Positions 56,800-64,000 of a stretch of DNA of 64,000 nucleotides are shown piece by piece. The DNA is from Phenylobacterium sp. (lineage in GTDB: Bacteria; Pseudomonadota; Alphaproteobacteria; Caulobacterales; Caulobacteraceae). Every line of letters starts with the position of its first letter. Position 1 is the first letter of the stretch. The stretch spans positions 93,693 to 157,692 of the forward strand of contig NZ_JAUSCJ010000041.1 in NCBI RefSeq assembly GCF_030651185.1. The letters run 5' to 3'. The translations under genes and the position numbers were made by a program. The notes under the pieces were generated by a model. The model saw only the letters and a list, made by a program, of their open reading frames with translations. It ran no database searches and was not told the DNA's origin.

Positions 56800-58992
56800 T
56801 CAAACGCTCTTCAACGCCTCGGTATTGATCGGCAGGCTGCGGATACGCTTGCCGGTCGCCGCGAAAATGGCGTTGCACAAGGCCGGCGGGGCCGGCGGCA
56901 GGGCGGGTTCGCCGAGGCCCGTGGGCGGATTGTCAGTGATCAGGAAATGCACCTCCACCGGCGGCGCGTCGGCCATCCGCAGCAGCGGATAGTCGCCGAA
57001 GTTGCTCTGCACCGCCGCGCCGTTCTCGATGGTGATCACCTGGCCCAGCGCCGCCGACAGGCCGTCGAGCACCGAGCCCTGCACCTGGTTGATCCCGCCG
57101 GCCGGATTGACGATCTGGCGGCCCACATCGGCGGCCACCCAGACCTTGTCGACCTTCACCGCGCCATCGGCGGCGACAGTGGCCTGCACCACCTCGGCGA
57201 AGTAGCCCATGTGGCTAAAGTGGAAGGCGATCCCCATGCCGGTCCCCTTGGGCAGCTTGGTCTTGCCCCAGCCGGCCTTCTCGGCGGCCAGCTTGACCAC
57301 ACCGCTCATGCGGTCGGCGGCGTAGCCGTTCTGGCCGGGCGTCCCCATCATCCCGCCGCCGCCCAGCAGCTTCAGGCGGAAGGTGACCGGATCGGCGCCC
57401 GCCGCATGGGCCAGCTCGTCGATGAACGACTGGATGACGAAGGACAGCGCGTTGCTGCCCGGCGCCCGCAGCGGACCGGTCGGCACGCCCGTCGGGATCA
57501 GCGACAGGTCGTAGCGGTAGTTGGGCACGAAGCGTGACGGGAACTCGGTCTGCGACATGCCGGCGCTGGAGGCGAACTTGCCGTCGTTCCCCAGGCTGAC
57601 GAAGTGGTCATGCCAGGCCGTGACCGTCCCGCTCGCATCGACGCCGCCTGAGAGGAAGTGATAGCCGGCCGGCCGGTAGTAATCGTACCGGAGGTCGTCC
57701 TCGCGGGTCCAAAGCATCTTCACCGGGGCCTTGGCCTCGCGGGCGATCCAGGCGGCCTGGACCATGTAGTCATTGGCGAGCCGGCGCCCGAAGCCGCCGC
57801 CGCAGCGGGTCATGTGCAGGGTGATGTCGGCGGGCGCGATGCCCAGGGTCTTGGCCACCAGCTGGCGGCCGGCCTCCGGGTTCTGGGTCGGCGCCCAGAT
57901 CTCCAGCTTGCCGTCCTTGAAGGCGGCCGTGCAGTTCATCGGCTCCAGGGCGGCGTGGGCGATGAAGGGGTAGCTGTAGGCGGCCTCCACCGTCTTGGCC
58001 GCGCCCTTCAGGGCCGCCGCGACGTCCCCGTCATGGCGTTCAGTGCGCAGCGGCGCGGCCTTGGACAGCGCCAGGGCCTGGGCGTCGTAGCCGGCGCTGG
58101 ATTGCTTGGAGGTGGGATGCTCGGCCCACTGGGTATTGAGCTTCTCGCGCCCCTTGCGGGCCTGCCACCAGCTGTCGGCCACCACGGCCACGCCGGGGAC
58201 CAGGCCGGAGAGATCGGTCCCGCCCTCCACCACGAAGGCCTGCCGTACGCCCTTCACCGCCTTGGCGGCGGCCAGGTCGGCGCTGGCCACCTTGGCGCCG
58301 AACACCGGCGCCTTGTCGAAGGTGGCGTAGAGCATGCCCGGGACCACCACATCGATCCCGAACAGCGGCTTGCCGCTCACCAGAGCGGCGCTGTCCACCT
58401 GCGGCATGAACTTGCCGAGGATCTTGTAGTCCTTGGGGTCCTTCAGCGGCACGGACTTCAGGTCCGGGGCCGGCAGGGTCGCGGCCTTGGCGGCCAGCGA
58501 ACCGTAGGTCGCCTTGCGGCCCGAGGCCTTGTGATGGACGACGCCCGAGGCCGTCGTACATTCGGCGGCCGGTACGTTCCAGGTCTGGGCGGCGGCGGCC
58601 ACCACCATGGCCCGGCCCGCGGCGCCCACCCGGCGCAGCTCATCCCAGTGCAGCGGCGTGGCCATGCTGCCGCCGGCGAACTGGCGGCCATAGGTGGCCG
58701 GGTCGCCGTCGGCCTGCTTGGTGGTGACCTGGGCCCAGTCGACGTCGAACTCCTCGGCGATGATCATCGGCAGGGAAGTCTTGATCCCCTGGCCGATCTC
58801 CGGGTTCTTGGAGACGATGGTGACCTTGTTGTCGGGGGTCAGGCTGACATAGGCGTTGAGCTTGGCGTCAGCGGCCGGCGCCGCTGCGCCCGCCTTGCCG
58901 GCCAGGTTGAAGGACAGGACCAGACCGCCGGCCAGGGCGCCGGTCTTGAGCAGGTCGCGGCGCGAGGCGCCTTCGGCGAAACCGTCGGCCAT
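56800..58992 (-). CDS. Molybdopterin-binding subunit, IorB/xanthine dehydrogenase family
   Basis: SRRDLL twin-Arg leader, [28 protein letters not shown]. Confidence 0.92.
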   Translation of the reverse strand: MADGFAEGASRRDLLKTGALAGGLVLSFNLAGKAGAAAPAADAKLNAYVSLTPDNKVTIVSKNPEIGQGIKTSLPMIIAEEFDVDWAQVTTKQADGDPATYGRQFAGGSMATPLHWDELRRVGAAGRAMVVAAAAQTWNVPAAECTTASGVVHHKASGRKATYGSLAAKAATLPAPDLKSVPLKDPKDYKILGKFMPQVDSAALVSGKPLFGIDVVVPGMLYATFDKAPVFGAKVASADLAAAKAVKGVRQAFVVEGGTDLSGLVPGVAVVADSWWQARKGREKLNTQWAEHPTSKQSSAGYDAQALALSKAAPLRTERHDGDVAAALKGAAKTVEAAYSYPFIAHAALEPMNCTAAFKDGKLEIWAPTQNPEAGRQLVAKTLGIAPADITLHMTRCGGGFGRRLANDYMVQAAWIAREAKAPVKMLWTREDDLRYDYYRPAGYHFLSGGVDASGTVTAWHDHFVSLGNDGKFASSAGMSQTEFPSRFVPNYRYDLSLIPTGVPTGPLRAPGSNALSFVIQSFIDELAHAAGADPVTFRLKLLGGGGMMGTPGQNGYAADRMSGVVKLAAEKAGWGKTKLPKGTGMGIAFHFSHMGYFAEVVQATVAADGAVKVDKVWVAADVGRQIVNPAGGINQVQGSVLDGLSAALGQVITIENGAAVQSNFGDYPLLRMADAPPVEVHFLITDNPPTGLGEPALPPAPPALCNAIFAATGKRIRSLPINTEALKSV

Positions 58993-58993
58993 C

Positions 58994-59461
58994 TTACGCC
59001 TCCACCTTCTGGCCAGAGGCCTGTTTGATCGCCGCGCGGATGCGGACATAGGTGGCGCAGCGGCAGATATTCCCGCTCATCGCGGCGTCGATATCGGCGT
59101 CGGCGGGCTTGGGCGTGGCGTTCAGCAGCGCGGTGGCCGACATGATCTGACCCGGCTGGCAGTAGCCGCACTGGGCGACGTCCAGTTCGGTCCAGGCCGC
59201 CTGCACCTTCTTGCCGATGGCGGTGGCGCCGATGCCCTCGATGGTGACCACCTTGGCCGCGCCGACCGCCTCGATGGGCAGGGCGCAGGAGCGCACTGGC
59301 TGGCCGTCGATATGGACCGTGCAGGCGCCGCACTGGCCGACGCCGCAGCCGAATTTCGGCCCCAGGATCCCCAGTCCGTCGCGCAGCGCCCAGAGCAGGG
59401 GCGTGCCCTCCTCGACGTCCACGCTCTGGCTCTTGCCGTTGACGTTGATCTTGAAGGCCAT
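58994..59461 (-). CDS. 2Fe-2S subunit, IorA-like
   Basis: KFGCGVGQCGACTV, QCGYCQPG, GNICRC. Confidence 0.95.
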   Translation of the reverse strand: MAFKINVNGKSQSVDVEEGTPLLWALRDGLGILGPKFGCGVGQCGACTVHIDGQPVRSCALPIEAVGAAKVVTIEGIGATAIGKKVQAAWTELDVAQCGYCQPGQIMSATALLNATPKPADADIDAAMSGNICRCATYVRIRAAIKQASGQKVEA

Positions 59462-59516
59462 GGCGGCGCCGCTCCCAAATATCTTGTTGCACTGAGCCTA
59501 ACCGCGACGCCGCCCC

Positions 59517-60833
59517 TTAGCCAGTCAGGGGAACGATCCCGGTGAGGATTCCCGCGATCAGCAGCACCAGGGACAGGGCCACGGCCCAGGCCAGGGTGAA
59601 CCTCTGGTGCTGGGCCAGCTCCACGCGGACCAGTCCCACCAGCAGGTAGGTGGACGGCACCAGGGGCGAGAGCAGGTGGACAGCCTGGCCCGTCAACGAG
59701 GCCCGCGCGATCTCCACCGGCGTGATCCCATAGGGACCCGCCGCCTCCGACAGGATCGGCAGGATGCCGAAATAGAAGGCGTCGTTGGAGATGAAGAAGG
59801 TGAAGGGCATGGCCAGCAGGGCCGTGATCGGCGCCAGGTAGGGACCCAGGACCGGCGGGATCAGGCCGGTGACGCTGCCGGCCATGGCCTGCGTCATCCC
59901 CGTGCCATTGAGGATGCCGGTGAAGATGCCGGCCGCGAAGATCAGGGCGATCACCGGCAGGATGTTGGGCGCATGGGCCGCGATCCGCGCCTTCTGAGCG
60001 GCCAGCGACGGGTAGTTCAAAACCAGCGCCAGGGCCGTGGCGATCATGAACAGCACCGGCAGCGGCAGGACCCCCACCACCAGGGCGGTCAGCAGGCCGA
60101 GCGTCAGGGCGAGGTTCAGCAGGATCAGCCTGGGCCGTTCGGTGCGGTCATTGTCGTCCACCAGGTCACGGACCAGCGCTTCCTCGTCCGGCGCCCGCAG
60201 TTCGCCGGTGGAGGAGAGCAGGCCCAGGCGCTTGCGCTCGGCCCGCCCCAGAATCCAGGCTGTCAGCAGGATGAAGCCCATCCCCGCCAGCATGCTTGGG
60301 ATCATCGGGACGAAGATGTCGGCGGCGTCGAGCTGCAGGGCGCTGGCCGCCCGCGCCGTCGGCCCGCCCCAGGGGGTGATGTTGGTCACCCCGCAGGCCA
60401 GCATCAGCAGGCAGGCCAGGATCAGCGGGTTGAGCCCGATCCGCCGGTAGAGCGGCAGCATGGCCGCGCAGCAGATCAGGTAGGTGGTCGACCCGTCCCC
60501 ATCCATCGACACCACCAGGGCCAGCACCGCCGAGCCGAGCACGATCTTCACCGGATCGCCGCCGACCACGCGGACGATCAGGGCCACCAGGGGATCGAAC
60601 AGACCCGCATCAGTCATCAGGCCGAAGAACAGGATGGCGAAGGCCAGCATCACCCCGGTGGGGGCGAGCGCCTTGACCCCGTCGAGCATCATGAGCCCGA
60701 GGTCGGCGCCGTGCCCGGCCAGCAGCCCGAAGGCCACCGGCGTCAGGATCAGGGCCACCAGGGCCGAGACGCGACCCGTCATGATCAGAGTCATGAAGGT
60801 CGCCACCATGGCGAAGGCTAGCAGGGTCAGCAT
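59517..60833 (-). CDS. CitMHS-family metal-citrate transporter
   Basis: DAGLFDP, DGDGSTT, PWGGPTAR, SNDAFYFG, HLLSPLV. Confidence 0.9.
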   Translation of the reverse strand: MLTLLAFAMVATFMTLIMTGRVSALVALILTPVAFGLLAGHGADLGLMMLDGVKALAPTGVMLAFAILFFGLMTDAGLFDPLVALIVRVVGGDPVKIVLGSAVLALVVSMDGDGSTTYLICCAAMLPLYRRIGLNPLILACLLMLACGVTNITPWGGPTARAASALQLDAADIFVPMIPSMLAGMGFILLTAWILGRAERKRLGLLSSTGELRAPDEEALVRDLVDDNDRTERPRLILLNLALTLGLLTALVVGVLPLPVLFMIATALALVLNYPSLAAQKARIAAHAPNILPVIALIFAAGIFTGILNGTGMTQAMAGSVTGLIPPVLGPYLAPITALLAMPFTFFISNDAFYFGILPILSEAAGPYGITPVEIARASLTGQAVHLLSPLVPSTYLLVGLVRVELAQHQRFTLAWAVALSLVLLIAGILTGIVPLTG

Positions 60834-60879
60834 GACGCCAACCTCGCCGAGAATCTGCGGAGGTGGAAGGCTTCCATTT

Positions 60880-60902
60880 CCTTCTCCCCTTGCGGGAGAA
60901 GG
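60880..60902. repeat. Truncated CIR-like hairpin
   Basis: ccttctccccttgcgggagaagg. Confidence 0.65.
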
Positions 60903-60910
60903 AAACCGAA

Positions 60911-61606
60911 TTAAGGCAACACCACCACGCTGTCGGGCAGCTCATTGGGATTGTCGGACCCATTGGCGGGGAAGTGCTGCGCGAGGATGTCGGCGCAGAG
61001 CGCGATCGCCGCCTCGAAGCCCTCGGCCGGTTTCTTCCCCTTGATGCCGGAGATCAGCGCGGCCATGGCCTCGTCCCACACCTTGGGATCGACCTTGGAG
61101 GCCACGCCCTCGTCGGCGATCAGCTCGGCCATGCGCTCCTTGGCGGAGACATAGATCAGCACGCCGGTGCGCTCGCGGGTGGCCGCCAGGTTCTTGGCCA
61201 GGAACTGCTCCTGGGCCCGCCTGCGGACCTGCTCGCGTTTCAAGCCCTTGGGCGTCAGCAGCCGGCGCAGGGGACGGATCACCCCCACCAGCACCGCCAC
61301 CACCACGAAAAGCACCCCCTGCATCATCAGGGCGCCTGTCAGGGCCCCGCGCACCGACTGCTCGGCCACGGTCCCGATCTGGGCGGCCGTCCACTCCCCG
61401 GTGAGGATCTCGGGCGCGCTCACATGGATTCCGCCCGCCAGCAGCAGGGCCGGCGCGGCCAGGGCCGCGATCGCCGCCCACGCCACCGGCACCTCGCCGT
61501 AGTCGGAGGATTCCCGGGCCACCACGGTGTAGATCTCGCCCCGGGTGCGCAATTCGCCCCGGGCGACCGCGGCCTCGACCCGCGACCGGTCGGCCTCTGA
61601 AAGCAT
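60911..61606 (-). CDS. TPM-domain membrane protein
   Basis: E.RTRGEI, TRERTGVLIYVS..ER.AE.IAD.G, NPNELPD; TGATG coupling. Confidence 0.85.
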   Translation of the reverse strand: MLSEADRSRVEAAVARGELRTRGEIYTVVARESSDYGEVPVAWAAIAALAAPALLLAGGIHVSAPEILTGEWTAAQIGTVAEQSVRGALTGALMMQGVLFVVVAVLVGVIRPLRRLLTPKGLKREQVRRRAQEQFLAKNLAATRERTGVLIYVSAKERMAELIADEGVASKVDPKVWDEAMAALISGIKGKKPAEGFEAAIALCADILAQHFPANGSDNPNELPDSVVVLP

Positions 61607-62397
61607 CACCATCCTCCTGAAGACCCACCGCCGCCGAACGATCCGCCGCCACCGCTGAAGCCGCCGCCACCGCCGCCCCAGCTTCCGCCGCCGCCACGGC
61701 CGTTGCCGGAGAGCAGCAGGGGCAGAATCCACCACAGGCCGCCCCCGCGACGTCCGCGGCGCCCGCGTCCGCCGCGCAGGATGCTGCTGAGCACCCAGAA
61801 GATGATCACCACGATGAAGATGATCACGCCGGGCAGGCTGGACTCCGACTCCACCTCCGGCTCGGGCGTCGCCGCGGCGATGGCCTTGGCCTGGTCGTCG
61901 GGCAGGGAGAGCTGGCCGATCACGGCCTGGGCGCCAGCGACCACGCCCTCCTCCATCTTGCCCGACCGGAAGGCGGGCAGAATCTTGGTCTGGATGATCA
62001 CACTGGAGAGCGCGTCGGTCAGGATGCCCTCGAGGCCATAGCCGACCTCGATGCGCACCTTCTTGTCGATGGGCGCCACCAGCAGCAGGACCCCGTCATT
62101 GCGGGTCTTGTCGCCGATGCCCCAGGCGCGGCCGAGCTGGTAGCCGTAGTCCTCGATCTCATAGCCGCCGAGGTCGGGCAGGGTCGCCACCACCATCTGC
62201 CGGCCGGTCTTGGTCTCGAGATCGGCGAGCTCGGCGGTGAGCGTCTGCTCGGCTTGCGGCGACAGCAGGCCGGCATTGTCCACCACGCGCCCGGTGAGCG
62301 GCGGGAACTTCGGGGCGGCCATCGCCGCCCCGCCGATCAGCATGAGGCCGAGGACCGCGAGGGCGAGAGCGCCCCACGGTCCCTTGCGCGGGGTCAT
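61606..62397 (-). CDS. TPM-domain (YgcG-like) membrane protein with Gly-rich tail
   Basis: GRVVDNAGLL, WGIG....NDGVLLLVA, RIEVGYGLEG, GGGSFGGGGSSGGW. Confidence 0.92.
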   Translation of the reverse strand: MTPRKGPWGALALAVLGLMLIGGAAMAAPKFPPLTGRVVDNAGLLSPQAEQTLTAELADLETKTGRQMVVATLPDLGGYEIEDYGYQLGRAWGIGDKTRNDGVLLLVAPIDKKVRIEVGYGLEGILTDALSSVIIQTKILPAFRSGKMEEGVVAGAQAVIGQLSLPDDQAKAIAAATPEPEVESESSLPGVIIFIVVIIFWVLSSILRGGRGRRGRRGGGLWWILPLLLSGNGRGGGGSWGGGGGGFSGGGGSFGGGGSSGGW

Positions 62398-63071
62398 TGG
62401 GCAGGCGCGGCCGGCAGGTTGGAAGCCGCCGGCGCCGCCGTCGGCGAGAAGCTGACACTGGGCGCGGCCTGGGCCGCGGCGTTGGCCTGGAACATCACCA
62501 TCGGCTTGGAGCCGCTATGGACGGTGGAGGCCCAGAAGCTGTTGGGGAACTTGCGGAACTCCAGATTGTAGTCACGGACCGCCTCGTTGTAGTCGCGGCG
62601 CGACACTGTGATCCGGTTCTCGGTGCCTTCAAGCTGGCTCTGCAGGGCCAGGAAGTTCTGGTTGGACTTCAGGTCCGGGTAGTTTTCCTGAATCATCATC
62701 AGCCGGCCGAGCACGCCCGACAGCTTGTCCTGGGCGGCGGCGTACTGGGCGAACTGCGCCGGGTCGGTCAGGGTCGAGGCGTCGACCTTCACCTGGGTCG
62801 CCGAGGCGCGGGCCTCGGTGACGGCGGTCAGGACGCTCTTCTCCTGGGCGGCGTAACCCTTCACGGTCTCCACCAGGTTGGGAATCAGGTCGGCGCGGCG
62901 CTGGTACTGATTCTGGACCTCGGCCCACTGGGCCTTGGCGCGCTCTTCCTTGGTGGGGATGTTGTTGATCCCGCAGCCGGCGATCAGGACAGGCGCGAGC
63001 ACCAGCAGAGCGGCGCGCGCGAGGCGATTGCGAAGCGTGGACAAGGTATGTGGCTCCCTAAGAGCAGGCAT
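62394..63071 (-). CDS. lemA: LemA-family lipoprotein
   Basis: LIAGC lipobox, QYQRRADLIPNLV, ENYPDLKSN.NF..LQ.QLEGTENRI. Confidence 0.92.
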   Translation of the reverse strand: MPALREPHTLSTLRNRLARAALLVLAPVLIAGCGINNIPTKEERAKAQWAEVQNQYQRRADLIPNLVETVKGYAAQEKSVLTAVTEARASATQVKVDASTLTDPAQFAQYAAAQDKLSGVLGRLMMIQENYPDLKSNQNFLALQSQLEGTENRITVSRRDYNEAVRDYNLEFRKFPNSFWASTVHSGSKPMVMFQANAAAQAAPSVSFSPTAAPAASNLPAAPAQ

Positions 63072-63173
63072 CAGGATCAGGCCCTGACTAACGGCCTATG
63101 TGGCCCCGTCGTTGAGATGGCGCAACGACGCGGCGGATTAAGCTTTGGAAAGCTCCGCCACACAAGTTGGTTG

Positions 63174-64000
63174 CTACTTCCGCGCCGCCGCCGTGCGTTC
63201 GCGGATCGCCTTGAACTCCGAGCCGGCCTTCCAGTCGGGCCAGTCCTTGGCGTCCGAGGCGATGGCCTTGCCCATCACGTAGAGCAGCTCCACGTCCTGG
63301 GCCGCGCCGCGCAGGTCCCAGTCGGGGCTCCAGGCGTCGCAGGGCTGATGGTAGCAGTTGGCGGTATAGTCGCTGACCCACTTGTCGCCCGCGGCCCGGC
63401 CGCCCTTCACAAGATCAGCCCCGCCGCCCAGCCCCATCAGCAGCATCACCGGCACCCCCTGCTTTGCCAGACTGAAATGGTCGGCGCGGAAGAACAGGCC
63501 GCGCTCGGGCCTGGCGTCCGGCGTCACGGTCCGATCCTGGTCCTTGGCCGCGGCGATAAGCCGGTCGTCGAGCTGGCTCTGGCCGTAGCCCACCAGCACC
63601 ACGTCCCGGGCGGGGCCTGCCGTCTGCAGCACGTCCATCGTCAGGTTGGCCGCCATCTTGTCCAATGGGGTGTGCGGATGGGCGGCATAGTATTCCGAGC
63701 CCAGCAGGCCGCGCTCCTCCGCCGTCCAGGCGGCGAACAGAGTGGTGCGGGCCAGGCGCGGGCTAGCGGCGAGCGCCCGGGCGATCTCCAGCACGCCGGC
63801 CACCCCGATGGCGTCGTCGGCCGCGCCGTGGCGCACCTTGTCGCCGTTCACCGGCTCGCCCAGGCCGAAGGCGTCCCAGTGCGCGGAGAACATCACGCTC
63901 TCCTGGGGCTTGCTCGCGCCCGTCAGCTTGGCCAGCACGTTGCGGCTGACCACCTGGCTGTGGGTGACCCGGTAGTCGGCAGAGAAGGTCGCGCCGGTCA
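63174..64000 (-). CDS. M28-family peptidase, 3' part (5' end outside the window)
   Basis: SAHWD, GAADDAIG, AEERGLLGS, RADHFS, YHQPCD. Confidence 0.9.
   Translation of the reverse strand, partial: TGATFSADYRVTHSQVVSRNVLAKLTGASKPQESVMFSAHWDAFGLGEPVNGDKVRHGAADDAIGVAGVLEIARALAASPRLARTTLFAAWTAEERGLLGSEYYAAHPHTPLDKMAANLTMDVLQTAGPARDVVLVGYGQSQLDDRLIAAAKDQDRTVTPDARPERGLFFRADHFSLAKQGVPVMLLMGLGGGADLVKGGRAAGDKWVSDYTANCYHQPCDAWSPDWDLRGAAQDVELLYVMGKAIASDAKDWPDWKAGSEFKAIRERTAAARK

Noticed and set aside
61620-61720. GCC/CCG-rich low-complexity tract
   Set aside because: Encodes the normal Gly-rich tail of the TPM protein

Overview
High-GC alphaproteobacterial chromosome segment, most likely Caulobacteraceae (Phenylobacterium/Caulobacter-like gene content, CIR-type repeats, CtrA/LexA/EcfG-type boxes). 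It carries housekeeping loci (lepB, LPS GT4/GT9, infC with an ATT start, rpmI-rplT, pheS-ASCH-pheT, lepA, rsgA), transporters, a lipid/acyl-CoA catabolic cluster with a TetR regulator and TonB-dependent receptor, CoxD/E-like and IorAB-like genes, a single-chain acyl-CoA carboxylase and a LemA-TPM-TPM operon. Two regions stand out. (1) An integrase-free accessory stretch at about 20.8-27.0 kb behind tRNA-Ser(GGA), punctuated by four tRNA-3'-end copies (one a near-complete pseudo-tRNA). It holds an RTX/Ig-like adhesin, two Cys-containing secreted orphans, and a nuclease-toxin/SUKH-immunity pair behind a perfect alphaproteobacterial LexA box. (2) A signal-peptide globin / DUF3034-like / cupredoxin-like / HAMP-GGDEF-EAL module with a 50-codon stub suggesting rearrangement. 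All family calls are by motif recognition only; no database searches were run.
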